Below, piece by piece: positions 29,911-39,600 of a stretch of DNA of 64,000 nucleotides. Below the pieces are notes generated by a model. That model saw nothing but the letters and a program-made list of their open reading frames with translations, searched no databases and had not been told where the DNA came from. A program made the translations under genes and the position numbers. The DNA is from a virus. Its lineage: Duplodnaviria > Caudoviricetes. The stretch is taken from positions 96,001-160,000 of IMG/VR virus record IMGVR_UViG_3300037067_012889. The stretch is one strand, 5' to 3'. The stretch's first letter is position 1; the number at the start of each line of letters is the position of its first letter.

Positions 29911-30138
29911 ATGAAGACGCCAGTATACATTCTTGGAAATAATTCCAATCAACCAACTAGTGTCAACTACCAAGCAGGCACTGCAGCTGCTGTTGGTGAC
30001 GTGGCGCAGACAGCTCATGGTTTATTGACCATCTTGCCCGGCAAAAAGGTCACGATCGAGCAAAATCGCGTCAACTTCGGTCAACTCCATACTCTAGCTG
30101 CCTCGAATTTGCTCACAATGACGGATACCTATATCTAA
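29911..30138 (+). CDS. Small putative virion protein
   Basis: AGGAG RBS, CAAAGCTA upstream. Confidence 0.6.
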   Translation: MKTPVYILGNNSNQPTSVNYQAGTAAAVGDVAQTAHGLLTILPGKKVTIEQNRVNFGQLHTLAASNLLTMTDTYI

Positions 30139-30150
30139 TAGAGGTGGATT

Positions 30151-30468
30151 ATGAGTCTTGAGACGATTAGTATCATAAGGCAGTGCCCTATTATAAACGG
30201 TTTCTGCCAACTACTCAATAATAATCCATCTGGAAAGACATCCGTACCAGTAGCTGCATTTATAGCTCTAACTGGCGGAGTCGTCAATCGATTATCTCAG
30301 GACAGTGGTATGGGTAGAGGTGGCAGACGATTTGGTCCACAAGAGTGGGTCGAATTTACAGAGCCACATGCATGCTGCCAGGAAGATGCTGCATTAGAAG
30401 CTGGCAAGACAGCATATGGCACGAATACGAGAACAGATATCGACGTCGCATGGAATGCTCAGAGATAA
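30151..30468 (+). CDS. Small putative virion protein
   Basis: GAGGTGG RBS. Confidence 0.6.
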   Translation: MSLETISIIRQCPIINGFCQLLNNNPSGKTSVPVAAFIALTGGVVNRLSQDSGMGRGGRRFGPQEWVEFTEPHACCQEDAALEAGKTAYGTNTRTDIDVAWNAQR

Positions 30469-31017
30469 TTATTTCACTTGCGTTGCTTCTGCTGCTATAT
30501 CATATTGCTGTCTGATATAGTTCGACGCCATAATCAATAGCGTATTGAGATTTAGGATGATCTTGGAATTGGCGTCTGAGTCCTTAGAAGGACATTCAAG
30601 ATGCACCAAAAGTTCATCGTTTATCTTCCGACTACCTGCTAACTCAACGGCACCGACATCATTTCCAAGCATACGACCAGTAACATATGCGACAACACCG
30701 TGCCCACACGGATCTGCCCAATCGTTTGATAGTCCAGCATTCTCCATGAACTCTAAAAGATTTATGCATTCTGGGGATCTAGCCAAACTCGACGCCATGC
30801 CGTAATTGGGTAGGCGAACCACTATATCTCGCGGGACAGGCATATCGTCATCTTCGAATTTGACTAACCATGTCTCGTATGGTTGTTTAGCTGTATGGCA
30901 CCTACGAACCAACTTGACCAGTGTGGCTCTGCCTTCAAGAACAATAGGAAAATCTCCTGCTTCTAAAGCTGGTCGATAAATGTTTTCCTGTTGTCCGGCC
31001 TTCAAGATTGTTTTCAT
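30469..31017 (-). CDS. Hypothetical protein
   Basis: 182-aa ORF. Confidence 0.6.
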   Translation of the reverse strand: MKTILKAGQQENIYRPALEAGDFPIVLEGRATLVKLVRRCHTAKQPYETWLVKFEDDDMPVPRDIVVRLPNYGMASSLARSPECINLLEFMENAGLSNDWADPCGHGVVAYVTGRMLGNDVGAVELAGSRKINDELLVHLECPSKDSDANSKIILNLNTLLIMASNYIRQQYDIAAEATQVK

Positions 31018-31289
31018 GATGTCTCTTTCACAAGTTGCGACAAATCTGGTAGTGCTGGTTGAATTATCTTCTGGAAATAGCCTTCTCCGCCTTCCGATTT
31101 GTATAAAAAGCCGCCATTCGTAGTAAAACTCATGCTACCTTTTTCTACACTACCAAGCCAAAGAGCTTTTACCAATTCTAATTTTGGCTCTTTATCAAGC
31201 TTCCGGCCATATATCCATCCATAGAACCAATATAAACCCTCTTCGATCGGCCATTCTGTCGTCCATTCTCCAACTTCTATTCCAGTCAT
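31014..31289 (-). CDS. Hypothetical protein (WT.EWP.EEG.YWFYG)
   Basis: GGAGA RBS; TGCTATAAT at 31325-31317. Confidence 0.6.
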   Translation of the reverse strand: MTGIEVGEWTTEWPIEEGLYWFYGWIYGRKLDKEPKLELVKALWLGSVEKGSMSFTTNGGFLYKSEGGEGYFQKIIQPALPDLSQLVKETS

Positions 31290-31341
31290 ATTATCTCCAT
31301 ATGTTGTTCTTATTGTATTATAGCACCACAAACACACACGA

Positions 31342-31788
31342 TTAACTACACTTGCGTTCTGAAACTTGTTCTATGATCTTGAACGCTTCGTAATATGATG
31401 AGAAAAAATAGTCAGCATTCACTGGTGCCGTATGCCATTCTCCATCACGACACAAGTAATTGCACCAGCCATCATGGATATACCAACCACGCGCATTGGG
31501 TGCTGGTTCTTTAACAATGTGCATCTGATTTTCAAATCCAGCACCAAAAGACTGGTTGGACGTATTATTAACCTTTGTTTGGCCGGACAAGAATACTACA
31601 GTATATTCAAAGATTTCTTTCCAATCAGCCAGCGAGCACCAAATATGTGAGTTAGTAGTTCTATATTCTACCTCCCCATTAGATATACCTATTATTACTG
31701 CATCGTCATAACGCCCGTTCCATAATTTTATCTTTATTACATCACCAACACGCGGGTCAATACCCGGATTTCTAAATGCGTGGTCCAT
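31342..31788 (-). CDS. Hypothetical protein
   Basis: RNP..DPRVGDV motif; AAGGA RBS. Confidence 0.6.
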   Translation of the reverse strand: MDHAFRNPGIDPRVGDVIKIKLWNGRYDDAVIIGISNGEVEYRTTNSHIWCSLADWKEIFEYTVVFLSGQTKVNNTSNQSFGAGFENQMHIVKEPAPNARGWYIHDGWCNYLCRDGEWHTAPVNADYFFSSYYEAFKIIEQVSERKCS

Positions 31789-31833
31789 AATGGTTCCTTA
31801 ATAGGTATGACGATTAAATACTTCTGTTCGTCG

Positions 31834-31842
31834 TGCTATAAT
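31834..31842 (+). promoter_or_regulatory. Extended -10 (TGCTATAAT)
   Basis: 20 nt before ATG 31862. Confidence 0.6.
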
Positions 31843-31861
31843 TAGTTATAAGGAAATCACA

Positions 31862-32575
31862 ATGAAACTCACAAAACGCTACATTTTTCCACCCCGACCA
31901 TTACACGACCCGGTCCCCTTCGACAAAATCGGGATGTATGCCAAATATGGTTGGCACACAATGTTGAAGTTCAACGACAAGCGCACGGAATTTTCCGTTA
32001 GTAATAACTCCGTTGAAATCTTCAATCGCCACAAGAGCACCCATAAGACTTTCACGCTCAGCAAAGAACTCCATGACGAGCTACTGATTGTCTTCAGAGA
32101 CATATTTGGTCTTGACTCCGCCGATTGGTCATATGCCGATGGTGGGATTCTCGATGGCAAAAGCAAGCATATCTCTGGTCTTGTAGTTATTTGGGACATT
32201 TTGGTGCGTAATGGTGATTGGCTGCTTGGCTCGACCTACCAAGAACGCTACAACTGGCTGCTCGAAAAAGCGGCCGCCGCTGGCGGCAAACCGTTCATCG
32301 TCACCATCAACGGGCAGGAGTTCGATTTTGGCATCAAACTAAGCGAGCATGTCTTCCTGCCACGATTCTTCAATGATCTCAGCACTGCCTGGGAACTCAC
32401 ACAAGTGGTCAACAAAGCCGCTGGATGGAGTACAGAGGGAGGCGGAGAGCCTGTATTAGAAGGCGTAATTCTAAAAGATCCACATGGCACGCTGAAACCA
32501 GACAACGGCAAAGCAGAAAACAATAACGACTGGAGCGCAAGAAGTCGTGTCAGGACCGGTCGCCATCGTAACTAG
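31862..32575 (+). CDS. ATP-dependent ligase-like nucleotidyltransferase, adenylation domain only
   Basis: KFNDKR (motif I variant), ADGG (III variant), WDIL (IIIa), EGVILK (IV). Confidence 0.7.
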   Translation: MKLTKRYIFPPRPLHDPVPFDKIGMYAKYGWHTMLKFNDKRTEFSVSNNSVEIFNRHKSTHKTFTLSKELHDELLIVFRDIFGLDSADWSYADGGILDGKSKHISGLVVIWDILVRNGDWLLGSTYQERYNWLLEKAAAAGGKPFIVTINGQEFDFGIKLSEHVFLPRFFNDLSTAWELTQVVNKAAGWSTEGGGEPVLEGVILKDPHGTLKPDNGKAENNNDWSARSRVRTGRHRN

Positions 32576-32600
32576 GACATATCCATCGCCAGGATGAATC

Positions 32601-32801
32601 ATGCAAGTAAAGAAAATCACAATCGGCTTCGTTACACAGGTCTTCGACACGGACCTCAAACGATTTATAAGCCAGAAATTCACAACGGGCGATGAATGCA
32701 ATTACGAAGGCGAGAAAGGTGAGGCCATTGAACCCGACTTATTAGAAGTCGATGGGCGGAGAGCATATCTGCCCTATGATATGGTGCAACCAGAGGCATA
32801 G
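32601..32801 (+). CDS. Hypothetical protein
   Basis: KIT.GFV.QVFD...SQ.F..GD...YLPYDMVQP. Confidence 0.6.
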   Translation: MQVKKITIGFVTQVFDTDLKRFISQKFTTGDECNYEGEKGEAIEPDLLEVDGRRAYLPYDMVQPEA

Positions 32802-32804
32802 TTA

Positions 32805-33302
32805 ATGACTGAATATGAAGTAGCGCTAAAAAACTACATCGAGCAGTTGGCTGCTCTACAACGTAGCATATCCAGAAACAACTGGATATATCACAGTGTA
32901 GAGGAAATTGTTCTAGAAATCGGGCAGTTTGATATTGTCCGGCCACTTCCAAAGAGTATTAAACGTGGAAGGATGGGGTTGTGCTTCCAAAATGCCTTTA
33001 GATTGATGGAACAAGGCTTCATTTATGTCGAAGGTATCGCAGTTCCGGGAGGCACCGGATTTCCCGTACATCATGGGTGGTGTGTCGATCAATTCAACAA
33101 TGTACTAGATCCAACTTGGAAGGACGGTGTTGCATATCTTGGTATCCATCTAAACAAGATGTTCATATACCAACGAATCTTGCAGAGACGTAAATATGGC
33201 GTCTTTGACAACATAGAAGCGCGAGATCTGTATGAAAATGGCTTACCAGCAGATGCATTGGCAAAGAATGAAGCCTGTGTAATTTCAGGACCATCTAAAT
33301 GA
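32805..33302 (+). CDS. Transglutaminase/papain-like fold protein
   Basis: CFQNA...YVEG...HHGW...DPT, a putative Cys-His-Asp triad. Confidence 0.6.
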   Translation: MTEYEVALKNYIEQLAALQRSISRNNWIYHSVEEIVLEIGQFDIVRPLPKSIKRGRMGLCFQNAFRLMEQGFIYVEGIAVPGGTGFPVHHGWCVDQFNNVLDPTWKDGVAYLGIHLNKMFIYQRILQRRKYGVFDNIEARDLYENGLPADALAKNEACVISGPSK

Positions 33303-33676
33303 GAACTATTTATCAAAGCAGTTACGACAAATCACACGCCGATGTGTTTGAGGCCAAGATCTCGGAAATCAAATTCGGACCCATTGATCCAAATTTCAAA
33401 TATGACGACTGGACAAAACACATCATCAATATGTTCGACAAGATCGAACTAGAAGAAGGCGATTTGTGTATCAAAGAATCGTCTACGAACGCATCACCAC
33501 CAAGTAGAATATTCAGGATCAAAAAACCAGAGTGCTTATTCTGGTATGTCGATGTTATACCAGCCACACGACAATTCTTATTCATCAAAGACAAAGCACA
33601 TACACAATGTCTTAGCCCAGAAGAAGGCATTGCTAATCTGACCCGTGAGATATCTAAAATAGTCTTTGGACAATAA
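33299..33676 (+). CDS. Hypothetical protein
   Basis: ATGA overlap. Confidence 0.55.
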   Translation: MRTIYQSSYDKSHADVFEAKISEIKFGPIDPNFKYDDWTKHIINMFDKIELEEGDLCIKESSTNASPPSRIFRIKKPECLFWYVDVIPATRQFLFIKDKAHTQCLSPEEGIANLTREISKIVFGQ

Positions 33677-33678
33677 TA

Positions 33679-33936
33679 ATGGACGCACGAGACAGGGCAT
33701 GCATTTGCGGCGAATTTGAAAATGAAGTATTGTCATGCAGAGACATGCTACAACCGATAATAGACGGTCAAATTACACGTGGGCATTGTATAGCAGGACA
33801 ACGAGAAGCATATGGTGGTGTTCCTGGAAAACGAAAAACAACATTCGCAGATGCTAGACAGATTGCAAAAACCATTATATGTAGGCTCGATCGTGCTGTG
33901 AATAAATTCAACGAGCGCATGGAAGATGACAAATAG
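33679..33936 (+). CDS. Hypothetical protein
   Basis: Packed run. Confidence 0.55.
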   Translation: MDARDRACICGEFENEVLSCRDMLQPIIDGQITRGHCIAGQREAYGGVPGKRKTTFADARQIAKTIICRLDRAVNKFNERMEDDK

Positions 33937-34039
33937 CGAAGGCTAGCACTGGTGCTCAGTGGGTTTGCCCGATCCATAATCCCACAGTTTGGGGCTTCAC
34001 GGGACGAATGATGCGTGTGAGGTCCATTTTGAGAAAACA

Positions 34040-34231
34040 ATGTCAACTTTAGATATCAAAACCGAAGAGTTCCAACGAAACGAACTTGCAAAGCTACTAG
34101 CTCTTTGCACTATCGAACAACAAAAACTATTCCGTGAACGTGTGTTCCCGAACGGAGTTCCTACAGATAAGCTTGTATCGGCATATGACCTTTGTGAACG
34201 AACATTAAAGAAGAACTCCGATAGACGATAA
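34040..34231 (+). CDS. Hypothetical protein (likely start MSTLDIK)
   Basis: LL..CT.EQQ.LF...CERTLKKN. Confidence 0.55.
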   Translation: MSTLDIKTEEFQRNELAKLLALCTIEQQKLFRERVFPNGVPTDKLVSAYDLCERTLKKNSDRR

Positions 34232-34302
34232 GTTATATTGCTGCGATTTAGGATGGCAGCGATTCACATTATACGGATCTGCTCAAATAGCTAGAGGCTA
34301 TC

Positions 34303-34830
34303 ATGGACCTTAGTTTCCTTGAAGACGAAAAACCTACTCTGCCAATTCCCAGAACTAAGCTATCTTTTGGATTCGTCGGTTGGATATTCGGATTTGTTTG
34401 TCTAGTACTCTTATGTGCTGTTCTTTATAAAACGAACACATCTACACAGTCAAATATGGCGTCGGCGTTTATTACGCCGGAATCAACACAACAAACTGGT
34501 AGTTCGACAACGATGACAAAGGAAGAGTGGTATGAGAGATATAAAAAACTCAAACCACTCTGTGAAGCCAGGCTCAATAAATTATGTCCTAAGGGCACTT
34601 CTCTGGAAGAGGATATAAAATGTATTCACAAAGACGATCTTTACATGATCTTTGGAAAACCGTTTAAAACACAACGCATAGAAGGATGTGTATTCCTGTA
34701 TTGGCAGTGTACTGACGGAATAGTACAAGTCAAACCATATATCGAACAATGGGTCGGAATTACTGGCAACAAACATCAATTCTTCCTTAATGATGATAAA
34801 ATCATTAAGTGCGAGATAAACGATTTCTGA
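34303..34830 (+). CDS. Single-TM membrane-anchored protein
   Basis: TM at about aa 22-42; FGKP.KTQ. Confidence 0.6.
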   Translation: MDLSFLEDEKPTLPIPRTKLSFGFVGWIFGFVCLVLLCAVLYKTNTSTQSNMASAFITPESTQQTGSSTTMTKEEWYERYKKLKPLCEARLNKLCPKGTSLEEDIKCIHKDDLYMIFGKPFKTQRIEGCVFLYWQCTDGIVQVKPYIEQWVGITGNKHQFFLNDDKIIKCEINDF

Positions 34831-34842
34831 TTCGAGGAACAC

Positions 34843-35046
34843 ATGAAAGTTTATTCAGTATCTGATGTTTCTAGAATCTGCGACGTCAGTCTTGTGACCG
34901 TTATAGCATGGTTTGATAGGGGCTTGCTCAAAGGACACAGAACACCAGGGAACTTAGAACGCCGTATTCCACAAGAGCATCTAGTGGAATTTATGAAAGA
35001 ACATAAACTCACAATCCCAACGGAACTCGAAGAATGTTTGAGTTAG
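34843..35046 (+). CDS. MerR/excisionase-type HTH protein
   Basis: V.RIC.VS..TV..WFD.G.LKG.R.PG..ERRIP...L..FMKEH. Confidence 0.8.
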   Translation: MKVYSVSDVSRICDVSLVTVIAWFDRGLLKGHRTPGNLERRIPQEHLVEFMKEHKLTIPTELEECLS

Positions 35047-35273
35047 ATGCTGAGCAATCGAAAAGGTTGAACGAGTGGTGCAGTGAACAAGATAAGAAAG
35101 TCATGGAATCTCAAAAGGGCACCGAAGTAGAACACTCGGGGGAAGCTTATTATGGGTGTTCTGGTGGCTCTGTAACATATATGTTCACACCAACAACACT
35201 CGGGCTTGTTGTGAAAGTCCAAAATAATATGACTGGTGAGATTATCGATCTCACAGATTACGAATCGTGGTGA
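35034..35273 (+). CDS. Conserved phage hypothetical protein
   Basis: YYG.SGG..TY.FTPT.LG.VVKV...IDLTDYESW. Confidence 0.7.
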   Translation: MFELDAEQSKRLNEWCSEQDKKVMESQKGTEVEHSGEAYYGCSGGSVTYMFTPTTLGLVVKVQNNMTGEIIDLTDYESW

Positions 35274-35435
35274 TAATATGAGTAGATCTGGCAGGGAAGA
35301 GAAAGTAAATCAGGGACATCGCAAATCATATGCGAGGATGAAGTCGTTTGGTCGTCATCGTGCTCGACAATTATCGAAATTGTCAGAAGATGCCACCAAT
35401 AAAGATATCAAGATAGCAAAGCACGTCCAGTAATT

Positions 35436-35744
35436 CTATCGACTCGGATAACCCACTGTGGTATTTTGCGCCGCGCGCCACTGAACATCATGATGGCATC
35501 GATGTCTGCAGTCGTCGATGCATTCTCGATCTGACGGGCTGGGACAAGCGTGATGACTTGTGAAATGGTAATCATCATGCTTGCAATTCGACCAGGGCGA
35601 TTTTCTATTGACACATCTCATTTCTAGCTGTACCTGTTCATTTACAGCCTGTGTCCACGCTGCCTGAATCAGGCTAGTAACTTCATCCGAAGTATATGTC
35701 TGTCCTGGAACGACATATTCCTTAATAAATTCATCGTATGTCAT
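35436..35744 (-). CDS. Cys/His-rich hypothetical protein (likely start MTYDEFI)
   Basis: The shorter start removes the overlap with 35814..36053. Confidence 0.5.
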   Translation of the reverse strand: MTYDEFIKEYVVPGQTYTSDEVTSLIQAAWTQAVNEQVQLEMRCVNRKSPWSNCKHDDYHFTSHHACPSPSDRECIDDCRHRCHHDVQWRAAQNTTVGYPSR

Positions 35745-35813
35745 AGTGGTGTCCCTGTATTTTATTTTCGATGGAGCTATTATATTAGATGCTACAAGAG
35801 GCAACAATCGAAA

Positions 35814-36053
35814 ATGATTCAAGATCATGGCCAAGATGGCATAGTCGTTAGTTATACAACGAGCGAGGCCAAAGTCCATTCTGCTAAAGATTGGGACGGT
35901 ATGATGAGATTCATCATAGATCATAGACCGATTGTGGTTCATCAGTTTTGGATTGATTCTGGCAAACCGGATGCTAATATACCAGATAGTTATAAGATGC
36001 TCTATAGTAAAGTGACACCAGCACCTGATACATACAGTCCTTCAGACATCTAA
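35814..36053 (+). CDS. Hypothetical protein
   Basis: TAATG coupling to the next gene. Confidence 0.5.
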   Translation: MIQDHGQDGIVVSYTTSEAKVHSAKDWDGMMRFIIDHRPIVVHQFWIDSGKPDANIPDSYKMLYSKVTPAPDTYSPSDI

Positions 36054-36286
36054 TGTTCGACGATATAGAGTATTACATATACAACGATTCGGAGGTTGAA
36101 ATGTGCACCGAAGAGAAACTACCAGATAATGATCCAAGAATAATTGCATGGAAAAATTTCAAGAGTACCCATAAATATAAAGATGCCAGATATTGGGTTG
36201 TAAGCGGCGAATCACATATCGAAGGATCGTTATGGGCTGTCTTTTTGGCGGGTTATGAGGCAGCAAAATCAGAAGCCCAACTCTGA
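36053..36286 (+). CDS. Hypothetical protein
   Basis: GSLWAVFLAGY motif. Confidence 0.55.
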   Translation: MFDDIEYYIYNDSEVEMCTEEKLPDNDPRIIAWKNFKSTHKYKDARYWVVSGESHIEGSLWAVFLAGYEAAKSEAQL

Positions 36287-36529
36287 CTCTAAGTTATCTA
36301 AAAGGGTCGGCGTCCAACTATCTTCACTTTCTGTGAATAGATATTTGTCGTTATTGTCTAACATTTCGACAAATATCTCCTTAGTAATATTTATTCCGTG
36401 ATTGGAACAATAATTACTAAACTCTTCAAATCGCACAGTCTCAGAGGCTGTCACATAGCTATTGAGCAGTTCTTGCGGTCTACAATTTACTTGTTCAGAT
36501 ATTGTAATAGCTATTCTTGAGACGTCCAT
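36269..36529 (-). CDS. Acidic protein (likely start MDVSRIAITISE), possible head protein
   Basis: CAAACATA motif 34 nt upstream. Confidence 0.5.
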   Translation of the reverse strand: MDVSRIAITISEQVNCRPQELLNSYVTASETVRFEEFSNYCSNHGINITKEIFVEMLDNNDKYLFTESEDSWTPTLLDNLESELGF

Positions 36530-36613
36530 TGGAACTCTCACTGTTTGTTGTAGTGTTCGCTGTATGTTTGCTTGTGAAAGATAAATAGTAGTATATATGT
36601 TGAAGGAAACATA

Positions 36614-39600
36614 ATGGCCATAAAAACAAATCCGCATATTCCGACTTGGGTCTGCATGCCCGTAAACAATAATCGGACAGCTTACAGACCTTTCTCACTC
36701 CCTATGATCTTGATGGAAACAGACCGTCGAGATTTATCTGGTAATCAAATAGCCAATTCCGATGTAATAGTTCAAAACTGCGATTGCGGAGGTAATACAG
36801 AATGCGATTGTATGGGTGTCCTGACAACCACATGCAACGAATATTGTAGCGGTGCTGCTATACGAATTGTTATCGAAGACGTCCCACATAAAGCCATAGT
36901 TGCGGGACAGATTCCTATCGGTTTAATGTCTCCGGATCACGAGATATTCGCCAAGAATGTTTCTATGTCAGAAATGATTAGCAGGATGATCCATCCTGAA
37001 ATGCAATCATTTTATAGAATAACAGCCGTCAACGCAACGACCGGGGAGCAGACATTAATCCCGATAGATTATTCAGAGGCAGTTGGCGGTGATCTAATGC
37101 AGTATGAAACAGCGTCTGGATCTGTCGGCAATATAACATATTATCCGACCGCTAATTACTATGACTTCAGTGACATCGCTATAGAAACAGAACAATTGCC
37201 GCCAGATTGGTACAATATAAGCTATCAGGCACAATATTATGCAAGAGTAGAAAGTGCATCGACACCTGGACAATTAAACTGTATCGATATAACTCGTAAG
37301 GCAACATCTGTCTATCGTTTCAGAATGAATCATCCTGGTCAGGTGATGGAAGAAACAGTAAGGATGACGCCAGCACCTTACATGACCAGCGATAAGAAGA
37401 GCGAAGATTCGACTATAGAGTTTTATCGCCCATTTACCGATATCTTACAAGATATTTTCGATGAGCAATATTTATTGGGTAGTGTAAATTGGGTTGACTA
37501 TATTACACCACAATTCGTACCATACCTGTGCTATTTACTCGGACTTGACTTACCATATTATCCACAGAGTTTATATAGACTGCGTAAGACAATGCTGCGC
37601 AACGTTGTGCGGCTACAACAGCTCAAAGGATCAAGAAATGCAATTTATGATTTATTCGAGCTGTTCGGATATATCGTCTATGTCAATAAGCTTTATTGGT
37701 CCGCCGATGGAAAGCGATTGATACGCCCCGGCGAAAAATTGCCATCGGCTTATTCTGATCAAGAGATCGTAGTAGAAGAACGATGCCAGGTTGAACCAAT
37801 TTTAGTCGGATATAATACGAGTGGCTTCGGACAGCTAACGATACCACTGCTTTATCGCCCGACTTACACAGAGGTAAATCAAGGCGTCGCTACTGTAACT
37901 CGTCCTGGCGAAATAACAATAGATGCTTATCTTGTAAGGAAGAATGTAATAGGTAATGGCACTGTTTCAATTGCCCAGTCTACAGCAGCAATAGGAACAG
38001 GCACAACATTCTTAACCGATTTTGCTGTCAATGACACAATAACAGTGTCTGGTGAAACAGTAAAAATTATCTCTGCGATTATAGACGACACGCACCTAAC
38101 TGTCACCACTGCTTTTCAGAATATAACCAACAACACAACATATAGTTATGTTAGTAGAACTTATAAGAGGTTGGAAGCGATCGCCTGCGGAATAGGTACT
38201 GCAGCTACAGGATGCAACAACAATCCTAGTGATTTTACCGCATGTGTTGTGCCATCGTTATCAGACGCAGAGACTGATGGTGTCGAAAGCTGGTCGAGAG
38301 TAGTAATTGAACGATCTTCCAACTTTGCCAACCCCGATGAAGATAGCTCAACTGGCGACCAGCCACCTTTTACTCATAATGGCGTCAGTATAGATAGAAA
38401 AGGCAATCTATTACATCTCACGTTCAACGGTGCTATACAATTTGATGATAAATATGCACAACAAGGAACAAACGCACTAAACAGCGAATTGTTACTATAT
38501 GCTTTTGCTATTTATAATCGTGAAGAACTGATTGTACCAGATAAAATAAAGAATTTATATAGCAACAGATTCGATATTCAATTATTAACCCAAGACGGAG
38601 AACAGATAAGTGGTGACATTCTAGAATTCTTAATCGATTATTTATTCAAGATTAAAGCTTTCCATTCGCTACTACATACTCTCATTTACCATGCTAATCT
38701 AAGTGAGACATATCAAGTAACGCCATTCTGTGTTGGGGGCGATCTTGAACAGCGCTATAACATAGATGCTGGCAAATTGCAAGTGCCACCGGCAATTCTG
38801 CCGAAAACACCGATTGATGACTGTTCGGCAGATCCTGGCGATTTAGGATATAAACCAGAAGATATCGCACTTAGAAAGAAAATATTAGACAATCTACCTG
38901 AAGAATTTCAATCGTGGGTTGACGTTAAACAGTATATGTCACAAAAAGCCGTTATTGGTGCAACTGGGCCGGTTTATATCGATAGGACCGTCGAACAAGT
39001 TGGCGACGAACGCTTAGCACCAACACCAGCAAAAGATGACACAGATTGCAGATTCACGTATCGCGGTCAAGATCGATTAATACCTGGAAATGCTACAGAT
39101 CAAGATACTATTGTATATGATCCCACACCATTTTCGAATACACAGAGCCTAGAAAGTCAGTCAACAACTGACTTGTCTCCAATAACGACTGGAATGCACG
39201 GTGTTTTCTACCCGACCGGTGCAGAGGCTTCTACAAACAATGATAGCTCTAAGTATAGCATATTCGATAGAGAGTACTCAACATTCCAAAACACTTTCTG
39301 CGAATTAGACGGAATATCGGATTATTGTTATAAAGGACGTGTAGAAGATGAAGTATTACATAGAATGACATTGATAGGCGATGAACAATACAAAGCTACG
39401 CCATGTAAAGTCACAATGGGTACAGGGATTTATTATACTTTCGCGGCTACGTCAGAATTGACAAATTCCGTTCAAGGATCAGGTTTAAAGCAATCATATA
39501 CAGCACCTCTTACACGTTCAAATAATAGTTTCTTAGGAAGATTGCTGCGAGCATATGATACTGTTCAAAGCGAGAACGTACATTTTACAGATCGACCATA

